Source of the DNA: Thermoleophilaceae bacterium
GTDB taxonomy: Bacteria; Actinomycetota; Thermoleophilia; Solirubrobacterales; Thermoleophilaceae
NCBI GenBank assembly: GCA_025937135.1
Contig: JAICRZ010000001.1
Location: forward strand, 1 to 61,532
Length of the DNA: 61,532 nt
Direction of reading: 5' to 3'
Part shown: positions 52,130 through 60,038 of the stretch, piece by piece
How the letters are laid out: the number at the start of each line of letters is the position of its first letter
Numbering within the stretch: position 1 is the stretch's first letter
Program-made: the position numbers and the translations under genes
Notes under the pieces: generated by a model
Told to the model about the DNA's origin: nothing
The model's database searches: none
Seen by the model: the letters and a program-made list of their open reading frames with translations, nothing else

Positions 52130-52317
52130 GCGGCGATCGCTTCCCGCACCTGGTCGCGGGGCACGATGACCATGTGGATCCAGGGCCACTCGTCGTAGAT
52201 CGCCCGTGCGGCGATCAGCGCCAGGTCCTCGTCGTCCTCGCGCACCGCGCCGAGGTGATGCAGCGGCTCGTCGTACTGGAGCCGCGCGAACACCTCCCAC
52301 GTGCGGATCGCGCTCAT
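52126..52317 (-). CDS. paaB: 1,2-phenylacetyl-CoA epoxidase subunit B (short, 63 aa)
   Basis: WEVFARLQYDEPLHHLGAVREDDEDLALIAARAIYDE...WIHMVIV parallels E. coli PaaB YEVFVR...HRHVGSLHAAD...ALENARDAYTRR...IWVV. ATGA overlaps on both sides. Confidence 0.75.
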   Translation of the reverse strand: MSAIRTWEVFARLQYDEPLHHLGAVREDDEDLALIAARAIYDEWPWIHMVIVPRDQVREAIAA

Positions 52318-52640
52318 ACGGCGATCCCCAGCTCGCGCATCGCCTCCCGCGCGTCCGCGCGCAGGCGGTCCTTCGTCCAGACCGGGTCCCAGACCACCTC
52401 TATCGCCACCTCCTCCACGCCGTCCACGGTGAGGCAGGCGGCGCGGATGTCGTCCTCGATGAACTCCATGGCCGGGCAGCCCATGGCGGTGAAGGTGATC
52501 TGGAGGTCGGCGCGCCGCGCGGGCTCGTCGTAGTCGACCGAGACGATCAGGCCCATGCCGATCACCGAGATCGGGATCTCGGGGTCCTCGACGTGGCGCA
52601 GCGCCGCCCAGATCCCGGCCTTGACCCGATCCGGCGTCAT
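52314..52640 (-). CDS. paaD: PaaD N-terminal DUF59-type half, encoded as a separate 108-aa protein
   Basis: In frame inside track ORF 52314-53678. ATG 52640 overlaps the paaA stop (ATGA). IWAALRHVEDPEIPISVIGMGLIV...FTAMGCPAMEFI...VVWDPVWTKDRL matches the DUF59/PaaD N-terminal half. Confidence 0.75.
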   Translation of the reverse strand: MTPDRVKAGIWAALRHVEDPEIPISVIGMGLIVSVDYDEPARRADLQITFTAMGCPAMEFIEDDIRAACLTVDGVEEVAIEVVWDPVWTKDRLRADAREAMRELGIAV

Positions 52641-53605
52641 GCGACCGCCGCGGCGTGCATCGCGCGATAGCCCTGTTGCAACGTGGCCACGTACTCGCGG
52701 TTCATCTCGCCGCGCGCCCGCCAGCGCTCGAGCACGTCGTCCCAGCTCACCGCGCCGGCGGCCAGGTCCCACTCGCGCTTCTCGGGGTCGAAACGGGCCG
52801 GGAACGGGCAGTCGATGACCCAGCTCTCGCTCTCCTCGTCGCGGTGGGCCGGGACGTCGATGCCGATCTCCTCCATGAACGGGACGACGTAGCCCATCCA
52901 GTCCTGGCGGAGCTCGTCGTTGGTCTTGCCCTTGAAGCCGTACTCGAGCTGGATCGTGTGCCGCTTCTGCGCGTCCGGCAGCCCGAACCACTCGAGCGTG
53001 AGGATGAACATCCAGTCCACCGCCGCCTGCACCTCGGCCTTGCCGCCGGGGTCGGCGCAGAGCTTCTTGAGCCAGGTGCGGCCGTGGCGGAGATGGAAGG
53101 TCTCCTCCTTGTCCACCTTCTTGAGCGCGCGCTTCCACGGCCCGAAGGTGCTGGACGCGTGCACGTCCGACAGCAGCACGTAGCCGGCCTGGTCGTAGAG
53201 CGCGTTCGCGCAAACCAGCTCCACCCACGAGTTGAGCGGGACGTCGAACGCGTAGGGGTACTTGAACTCGGCGGCCGGGCGCTCGTACATGAGCCACTCC
53301 ATGTCCACGCCACAGTCGTGGAGCAGGCGGTAGGCGATGTGCGCGTGGGCCAGCTCGTCCTGGACGATCGACATGGCGGAGCCGAAGTTGTTGAGCGCGG
53401 GCGCGTGCCGTGCGGCGCGGAGGTACGAGGGCGCGCTCACGAGCTCGGTGTCGGCGGAGACGGTGAGGATCCGGCGGATGCCCTTCAGGTACTCCGGCGA
53501 CATGTGCTGGAGGCCCTCCACGAGCTTCGCCTTCGACAGGTGCTCGCGCACCTCGTCCTCGGTGCGCTGCGCCAGCTCTTCGACCGGGAAATCCCTCGGG
53601 CTCAT
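52637..53605 (-). CDS. paaA: 1,2-phenylacetyl-CoA epoxidase catalytic subunit A
   Basis: Di-iron motifs VQDELAHAHI and KEETFHLRHG. 322 aa. Confidence 0.9.
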   Translation of the reverse strand: MSPRDFPVEELAQRTEDEVREHLSKAKLVEGLQHMSPEYLKGIRRILTVSADTELVSAPSYLRAARHAPALNNFGSAMSIVQDELAHAHIAYRLLHDCGVDMEWLMYERPAAEFKYPYAFDVPLNSWVELVCANALYDQAGYVLLSDVHASSTFGPWKRALKKVDKEETFHLRHGRTWLKKLCADPGGKAEVQAAVDWMFILTLEWFGLPDAQKRHTIQLEYGFKGKTNDELRQDWMGYVVPFMEEIGIDVPAHRDEESESWVIDCPFPARFDPEKREWDLAAGAVSWDDVLERWRARGEMNREYVATLQQGYRAMHAAAVA

Positions 53606-53619
53606 CGGGTCGCCCTTCG

Positions 53620-53644
53620 TTGACGTACGACACTTGACTTACGA
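53620..53644. promoter_or_regulatory. two direct repeats TTGACGTACGA / TTGACTTACGA in the paaA / paaG-like divergent region
   Basis: Repeats at 53620-53630 and 53634-53644 match at 10 of 11 positions with a 14-nt period. A TATAGT box follows at 53654-53659. Confidence 0.35.
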
Positions 53645-53650
53645 GCGTGA

Positions 53651-54448
53651 ATGTATAGTCTCTCGCCCGTGGGGTCAAGCACGCTGCGCCAGGAGGTCTC
53701 GGACGGGGTCGCGACGTTCACGCTCTGCCGGCCCGACCAGCGCAACGCGATCGACTCCGAGCTCCGCGACGCGCTGGCAGGGGGCCTGGACCACGCGGCC
53801 ACCTCGGCCGATGTCCGGGCGGTCGTCATCACCGGTGCCGGCGGCACCTTCTGCGCGGGCGGCGACCTGGCGCGCTTCGACGAGCTCCACGACAGCCGCG
53901 CCTATCGCTGGGTCTCGCACCGCCTCTCGGCGCTGATCGAGTCCGTGGAGCGGCTCGAGAAGCCCACGATCGCGCTCGTCGACGGCGTGGCCACCGGCGC
54001 CGGCCTGGCGCTGGCGCTGGCCTGCGACTGGCGGATCGGGACCACTCGAACGCGCCTGCTCTACCGCGAGGGCCGGCTCGGCCTCGTGGCCACCCACGGC
54101 GGCTGCGCCCGGCTCGTCAAGCTGCTCGGCCTCGCGCGGGCGCGCGAGATCATGCTCGGCGGCGACGACCTCGACGCCGCCGCCGCGCTCTCCGCCGGCC
54201 TCCTCACCGAGCTGGCCGACGGCGACGGCCTGACAGCCGCGCACGCGCGGGCGCACACGATGCTGGGCCGCGCGCCGCTGTCCTACGGCGCGGCCAAGCG
54301 CCTGTTGCTGATCGCCGCCGACAGCGACACCCGCACCGCCATGGCCGCGGAGAGCCTGGCCCAGACCGCTCTGCTGGCCAGCGCCGACCACCACGAGGGC
54401 CTCGCCGCCGCACGCGAGCGGCGCGAGCCGGCGTTCACGGGCCGCTGA
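53651..54448 (+). CDS. enoyl-CoA hydratase/isomerase family protein (PaaG/PaaF-like)
   Basis: DGVATFTLCRPDQRNA, FCAGGDL, VDGVATGAGLALALACD. The start is uncertain. ATG 53651 lies just upstream of a TATAGT box (53654-53659), so GTG 53669 may be the true, near-leaderless start. Confidence 0.82.
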   Translation: MYSLSPVGSSTLRQEVSDGVATFTLCRPDQRNAIDSELRDALAGGLDHAATSADVRAVVITGAGGTFCAGGDLARFDELHDSRAYRWVSHRLSALIESVERLEKPTIALVDGVATGAGLALALACDWRIGTTRTRLLYREGRLGLVATHGGCARLVKLLGLARAREIMLGGDDLDAAAALSAGLLTELADGDGLTAAHARAHTMLGRAPLSYGAAKRLLLIAADSDTRTAMAAESLAQTALLASADHHEGLAAARERREPAFTGR

Positions 54449-54996
54449 TGGCGGTGCTGGTGGACCTCGATGGCCGGCGGCCGACGATCGGTGAGCGCGT
54501 GTTCCTCGCCCCCACCGCGGTTCTGATCGGCGACGTCCGCGTCGGCGACGACTCCAGCGTCTGGTTCGGCGCGGTGCTGCGCGGCGACTTCTCGCACATC
54601 GCCGTGGGCGAGCGCACCTCGATCCAGGACAACGCCGTCATCCACTGCGCGGAGGACCTGCCCACGGTCGTGGGCGATGGCGTCACGGTGGGCCACGGCG
54701 CGATACTCGAGGGATGCGTGATCTCCGACGGCGCGCTGATCGGCATGGGCGCCATCGTCTGCCAGCGTGCCCGGGTGCGTGCCGGCGCGCTCGTGGCGGC
54801 CGGCGCGGTCGTGAACGAGCGCGCCGAGGTCGAGGAGGAGATGCTCGTGGCCGGAGTTCCGGCCCGCCCCAGGAAGCCGCTCGACGGCAGCGCCCGCCGC
54901 TGGACCGACACGGCCGCCACGACGTACGCGCAGCTCAAGGACCGCTATCTGCAGACCGCAGCCCCGATTGAGGAGATCCCCCAATGCCCGAGATGA
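54448..54996 (+). CDS. paaY: gamma-carbonic-anhydrase-like hexapeptide protein (PaaY-type)
   Basis: FLAPTAVLIGDVRVGDDSSVWFGAVLRGD...IQDNAVIHC...VGHGAILEGCVI. The start shares 1 nt with the previous stop (TGATG). Confidence 0.8.
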   Translation: MAVLVDLDGRRPTIGERVFLAPTAVLIGDVRVGDDSSVWFGAVLRGDFSHIAVGERTSIQDNAVIHCAEDLPTVVGDGVTVGHGAILEGCVISDGALIGMGAIVCQRARVRAGALVAAGAVVNERAEVEEEMLVAGVPARPRKPLDGSARRWTDTAATTYAQLKDRYLQTAAPIEEIPQCPR

Positions 54997-56432
54997 TCAT
55001 CGGCGGCGAGGCGCGCGCGTCCGTCGCGAGTGGCGACATCGAGGTCGTCAACCCGGCGACCGAGGAGGTCGTGGACACGGTGCCTGCGGCGACGCCCGAG
55101 GATGTCGACGCCGCCGTCGACGCGGCGGCACGCGCGTTCCCCGCGTGGTCCGCGACGGACACCGAGAAGCGCGCGGCGATCGTGGCCGCCGCGGCCGACC
55201 TGATCGCCGACCGGGCCAAGGACCTCGCCCCGCTGCTCACCGCCGAGCAGGGCAAGCCGGTCGCGGAGGCGATCGGCGAGATCAACCACCTCGTGCACGG
55301 GCTGCACTACTACGCCGAGGCGGCGACGAAGGTCCAGGGGACCTACCAGGATCTGCCGTCGACCTTCGGCCCGTCGTACGGCATGGTCATCCGCCGCCCG
55401 CTGGGCGTGTGCGCCGCGATCACGCCGTACAACTTCCCGCTGACGCTGCTCGGCACGAAGATCGGCCCCGCGCTCGTCACCGGCAACACCGTCGTGGCCA
55501 AGCCGGCGGCGACCACGCCGCTCGCCACTCTGCGCGTGGCCCAGCTGTTCGTGGAGGCGGGGCTGCCCGCCGGCGTGCTCAACGTGGTCACCGGCCGCGG
55601 CTCGGACATCGGCGACGCCCTGGTCACGCACCGCGACGTCCGCCGCGTGGCGTTCACCGGCTCCACGCCCGTCGGCAAGCACATCATGTCGCTGGCCGGG
55701 CCCGACCTGAAGCGGATAACGCTCGAGCTGGGCGGCTCCGACCCCGTGATCGTGTGCGAGGACGCCGACGTGGACGCCGCCGTCAAGGCCGTGATCATCG
55801 GCCGCTACTGGAACGCCGGCCAGGCCTGCCTCGGCTGCAAGCGGGTCTTCGTCCACGACGACGTCTACGACGCATTCGTCTCGGCGCTGGTGGACCGCGT
55901 GGGCCGCTACGAGCCGGGGGACGGCACCGTCAAGGCGGAGAAGCCGAAGCTCCGGATGGGGCCGATCCACACCAAGGCAGGCCGCGACGAGCTGCTCGAG
56001 CAGCTCGAGGACGGCGCGTCGAAGGGCGGCGAGGTCCTGATCGGCGGCGGCAGCGGCGGCCACGACCAGGGCTGGTTCCTCGAACCCGCCGTGGTGGCCG
56101 ATCCGGCCGCGGACTCGCGCCTCGTGACCGAGGAGGTCTTCGGGCCCGTGCTGCCCGTCTTCCGCTACACCGACTTCGACGACGCGATCACGCGCGCGAA
56201 CGCCACCAGCTACGGGCTCGGGTCGTCACTCTGGACCCACGACGTGCGCAAGATCCACCGCGCCGCGCGCGACATCGAGTCGGGCATGACGTGGGTGAAT
56301 CAGATCCACTACGGCTACGACGAGCTGCCGTTCGGTGGCGTCAAGGACTCGGGCTTCGGCAAGGAGCACGGCCTCGAGGCGCTCGACCACTACGTCGAGC
56401 TGAAGTCGGTGGTCGTCGGAGGGCTCGCCTGA
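54984..56432 (+). CDS. NAD(P)+-dependent aldehyde dehydrogenase
   Basis: TLELGGSDP (catalytic Glu) and NAGQACLGCKR (catalytic Cys). Overlaps the paaY end by 13 nt. Confidence 0.9.
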   Translation: MPEMIIGGEARASVASGDIEVVNPATEEVVDTVPAATPEDVDAAVDAAARAFPAWSATDTEKRAAIVAAAADLIADRAKDLAPLLTAEQGKPVAEAIGEINHLVHGLHYYAEAATKVQGTYQDLPSTFGPSYGMVIRRPLGVCAAITPYNFPLTLLGTKIGPALVTGNTVVAKPAATTPLATLRVAQLFVEAGLPAGVLNVVTGRGSDIGDALVTHRDVRRVAFTGSTPVGKHIMSLAGPDLKRITLELGGSDPVIVCEDADVDAAVKAVIIGRYWNAGQACLGCKRVFVHDDVYDAFVSALVDRVGRYEPGDGTVKAEKPKLRMGPIHTKAGRDELLEQLEDGASKGGEVLIGGGSGGHDQGWFLEPAVVADPAADSRLVTEEVFGPVLPVFRYTDFDDAITRANATSYGLGSSLWTHDVRKIHRAARDIESGMTWVNQIHYGYDELPFGGVKDSGFGKEHGLEALDHYVELKSVVVGGLA

Positions 56433-57202
56433 TGGCCGTCTCGTTCGAGGCCCGGGACGGCGTCGGCGTGATCACGCTCGACCACCCGCCGGCGAACTCC
56501 TACGACCTCGCGTTCATGCGCGAGTTCGGGTCGTCCGTGGACGAGGCGATCGACGCCGGGGTCGGCGCCGTGATCGTGCGCAGCGCCAATCCGAAGTTCT
56601 TCTCCGGCGGCGCCGACATCAAGCGCTTCCTTGAGGGCGACACCGCGAGCAACATGGAGATGATCCGGACGAGCCACGCGGCCTTCGACCGGATCGCCGC
56701 CGCGCCGGCGGTGTTCATCGCGCACGTCGCCGGCCACGCGATGGGCGGCGGCCTCGAGATCGCGCTCGGATGTGACATCCGCTACGCCAGCCAGGGCGGC
56801 TACCGGCTCGGCACCCCGGAGGTCACGCTCGGGCTGCTGCCCGGAAACGGGGGCACGCAGCGCATCGCGCGGCTGCTCGGCCCCGGCCGCGGCCTCGAGT
56901 TCCTGCTCACCGGGCGGGCGATCGGCGTCGACGAGGCGCTCCAGCTCGGAATCGTGAGCGCGGCCTTCCCCGCGGACGAGGCCGAGGCGGAGGTGCTCAA
57001 GATCGCGCAGCGCTTCGCATCCGGACCGCGGCTGGCGCAGGCGCACATCAAGCGGGCCGTGCACGAGGGCCTCCAGCTCCCCCTCGCGGACGGGCTCGGG
57101 CTCGAGCGCGACCTCATCGAGGAGCTCTTTGACACCGCCGACGCCCGCGAGGGCCTGACCGCGTTCGCCGAGAAGCGCACCCCGACCTTCCAGGGATCAT
57201 GA
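56432..57202 (+). CDS. enoyl-CoA hydratase/isomerase family protein
   Basis: In frame inside track ORF 54968-57202. ATG 56432 shares 1 nt with the previous stop. FFSGGADIKRF, GHAMGGGLEIALGCD, PEVTLGLLPGNGGTQR. Confidence 0.88.
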   Translation: MAVSFEARDGVGVITLDHPPANSYDLAFMREFGSSVDEAIDAGVGAVIVRSANPKFFSGGADIKRFLEGDTASNMEMIRTSHAAFDRIAAAPAVFIAHVAGHAMGGGLEIALGCDIRYASQGGYRLGTPEVTLGLLPGNGGTQRIARLLGPGRGLEFLLTGRAIGVDEALQLGIVSAAFPADEAEAEVLKIAQRFASGPRLAQAHIKRAVHEGLQLPLADGLGLERDLIEELFDTADAREGLTAFAEKRTPTFQGS

Positions 57203-58659
57203 CCAGCGAGACGATCACCACCCACCCCGGCTCCTTCATCGACGGCGCCCCCCACGAGAACCGCGGCGCGCCGATCGCGCTCGTCAACCCGGCGACCGGA
57301 CAGGTCTTCGCCGAGGTGCCCGGCGCGACAGCGGCCGACGTCGACACCGCCGTGTCCTGCGCGCAGCGTGCGTTCGCGGACTGGTCCGCGCTCGGCACGG
57401 CGCAGCGCGGCGAGATCCTCGGCCGCGCCGTGGCCCACGCGGAGGAGCACGTCGACGAGCTTGTCCGGCTGCTCGTGCGCGAGCAGGGCAAGACGATCCG
57501 CGACGCGCGCATCGAGATCCCCAAGGCGCTCGACACGCTCACGCACTACGTGGGGCTCTCGAAGGCGCTGCGCGGCGCGCATACGCCGATGCTCGCCCCG
57601 GGCGTCGACGGGTACGTCCTGCGGCGGCCGCTGGGAGTCGTCGGAGCGATCGTCCCGTGGAACTTCCCGACCACGCTGCTGGCCAACAAGCTCGCGCCGG
57701 CGCTCGTGGCCGGGAACGCCGTCGTGGCCAAGCCCGCCGGCACCACGCCGCTCACCACGCTCAGGCTCGCGGAGCTGCTCGGCGAGGGCGGGCTGCCCGC
57801 CGGGCTCTTCAACGTGGTCAGCGGCCCCGGCGCCAGCGTCGGCGAGGCGATGGTCACGCACCCGGGCATCCGCAAGATCGCCTTCACCGGGTCGACTCCG
57901 GTCGGCGAGCACATCGCCGCCCTGGCCGCGAAGGGCACCAAGCGGGTGACGCTCGAACTGGGCGGCTCGGACCCGATGATCATCTGCGACGACGCCGACG
58001 TGACCGCCGCCGCCAGCGCCGCGGCGATGGGCCGCTACTACAACTGCGGGCAGGCCTGCCTCGCGATCAAGCGCGTCTACGTCTTCGACTCCGTCGCCGA
58101 CGAGGTCATCGAGGCGATCACGGGCAAGGCGAAGCGGCTCAAGGTCGGACCCGGCGACGCGGAAGGCGTCCAGCTCGGCCCGCTCCACACGGCGCGGCAG
58201 CGCGACGAGGTCGCGGACCAGGTCGAGCGCACGCTCGCCCTCGGAGGCGAGCTCACGGCGGGCGGCTCGGCGCCGGACGACCCCGAGCTGGCGGACGGCT
58301 TCTTCTACCTCCCCACCGTCGTCGTCGACCCGCCGGCGGGCTGCCCGATGGAGACCGAGGAGGTGTTCGGGCCCGCGCTGCCGATCTGGCGCGTGCGCGA
58401 TTTCGACGAGGCGATCGAACGGGCGAACGCGTCGCCATTCGGCCTCGGCTCGTCGGTGTGGACCCGCTCGCTCGCGCGCGCCCGCCAGGCCGCGGAGCGG
58501 ATCGAGGCCGGCTACACGTGGATCAACTCGCGCACCAAGGTGTACGACGAGCTGCCGTTCGGCGGCTGGAAGTCGTCCGGCTACGGCAAGGAGCACGGCG
58601 AGGAGGCGTTCGACTACTACACCGAGTCGAAGTCGGTCGTCGTCGCCGGCAGGGAATGA
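57199..58659 (+). CDS. NAD(P)+-dependent aldehyde dehydrogenase (second copy)
   Basis: ATGA overlap. TLELGGSDP and NCGQACLAIKR. Confidence 0.9.
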   Translation: MTSETITTHPGSFIDGAPHENRGAPIALVNPATGQVFAEVPGATAADVDTAVSCAQRAFADWSALGTAQRGEILGRAVAHAEEHVDELVRLLVREQGKTIRDARIEIPKALDTLTHYVGLSKALRGAHTPMLAPGVDGYVLRRPLGVVGAIVPWNFPTTLLANKLAPALVAGNAVVAKPAGTTPLTTLRLAELLGEGGLPAGLFNVVSGPGASVGEAMVTHPGIRKIAFTGSTPVGEHIAALAAKGTKRVTLELGGSDPMIICDDADVTAAASAAAMGRYYNCGQACLAIKRVYVFDSVADEVIEAITGKAKRLKVGPGDAEGVQLGPLHTARQRDEVADQVERTLALGGELTAGGSAPDDPELADGFFYLPTVVVDPPAGCPMETEEVFGPALPIWRVRDFDEAIERANASPFGLGSSVWTRSLARARQAAERIEAGYTWINSRTKVYDELPFGGWKSSGYGKEHGEEAFDYYTESKSVVVAGRE

Positions 58660-60038
58660 GCCGAGCGGCGATCGTCGGAGCCGGGCCCGCCGGGTTCTAC
58701 GCCGCGGAGCAGCTGCTGGCAGCGGGCGACGCGGTCGACCTGTACGACGCGCTGCCCACCCCGTTCGGGCTCGTGCGCGCGGGCGTCGCGCCCGACCACC
58801 CGAAGATCAAGTCGGTCACCCGCATCTACGAGAAGACGGCGGCGCGTGACGACTTCCGCTTCTTCGGCAACGTCGAGGTTGGCGCCGACGTCTCGCGCGA
58901 GGAGCTCCTGGCCCGCTACGACGCGATCGTCTACGCGGTCGGCACGGCGCTCGACAACCGGATGGGCGTGCCCGGCGAGGACCGCCCCGGCAGCGTGCCG
59001 GCCACCGAGTTCGTGGCCTGGTACAACGGCCACCCCGGCTTCGCGGACCGGCAGTTCGACCTGAGCGCCGACCGCGCCGTGGTGGTGGGCAACGGCAACG
59101 TCGCGATCGACGTCGCGCGCATGCTGGTCCTCGGCGACGACGAGCTGGCGCCGACCGACACGGCGGACCACGCGCTCGACTCCTTCGCGGGGTCCGGGGT
59201 GCGCGAGGTCGTGATCCTCGGGCGCCGCGGGCCGGCGCAGGCCTCCTTCACGAATCCCGAGCTGCGTGAGCTGGGCGAGTTGCAGCGGGCCGACGTGGCC
59301 GTCGACCCCGCCGCGCTCGACGCCGTGACCGGCACCGAGGACCTGACCCCCACCGCGCAGCGCAACGTGGAGATCCTCCGCGAGTACGCGCAGCGCGAGC
59401 CCAGCGGCAAGAGCCATCGGATCGTCCTGCTCTTCCTGCGCTCGCCGCTGGAAGTGGCCGGCGACGGCGAGAACGGCGCCGTCGCGGGCCTGCGCGTGAG
59501 CGTCAACGAGCTCGACGCCGGCGGCAGGCCGGTGCCGACCGAGCGCGAGGAGCTGATCCCGTGCGGCCTCGTGGTCCGCGCGATCGGCTACCGCGGGCGC
59601 CCCATCGCGGGCGTGCCGTTCGACGCGACGCGAGGACTGATCCCCAACGACGGCGGGCGCGTGACCGGGCCGGACGGCGAGCCGCTCCCGGGCGAGTACG
59701 CGGTCGGCTGGGTCAAGCGCGGCCCATCCGGCGTGATCGGCACGAACAAGAAGGACGCGGCGGAGACCACGGCCAGGCTCGTGGAGGATCGCGACGCGGG
59801 CCGCCTGAACCGGCCGTCGGAGGAATCGTCGCCCGACGCGATCGAGGCCTGGCTGCGCGAACGCGTGCCGGGCGTCGTGTCGTGGGGGGGCTGGCAGCGA
59901 ATCGATGCGTACGAGGCAGCGGCCGGAAAGACGGCCGGGCGCACCCGCAGGAAGGTCGTCCGGATACCTGAGATGCTGACCCTTGCGGAGGCGGAAGGAG
60001 AGAGCGAATGGCCCCCGATCGCTACAACGCGAGCCTGA
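58656..60038 (+). CDS. fprA: FprA / adrenodoxin-reductase-type NADPH:ferredoxin oxidoreductase
   Basis: In frame inside track ORF 57657-60038. ATGA overlap. IVGAGPAGFYAA, GLVRAGVAPDHPKIK, VVVGNGNVAIDVARML, GWVKRGPSGVIGTNK. Confidence 0.85.
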   Translation: MSRAAIVGAGPAGFYAAEQLLAAGDAVDLYDALPTPFGLVRAGVAPDHPKIKSVTRIYEKTAARDDFRFFGNVEVGADVSREELLARYDAIVYAVGTALDNRMGVPGEDRPGSVPATEFVAWYNGHPGFADRQFDLSADRAVVVGNGNVAIDVARMLVLGDDELAPTDTADHALDSFAGSGVREVVILGRRGPAQASFTNPELRELGELQRADVAVDPAALDAVTGTEDLTPTAQRNVEILREYAQREPSGKSHRIVLLFLRSPLEVAGDGENGAVAGLRVSVNELDAGGRPVPTEREELIPCGLVVRAIGYRGRPIAGVPFDATRGLIPNDGGRVTGPDGEPLPGEYAVGWVKRGPSGVIGTNKKDAAETTARLVEDRDAGRLNRPSEESSPDAIEAWLRERVPGVVSWGGWQRIDAYEAAAGKTAGRTRRKVVRIPEMLTLAEAEGESEWPPIATTRA

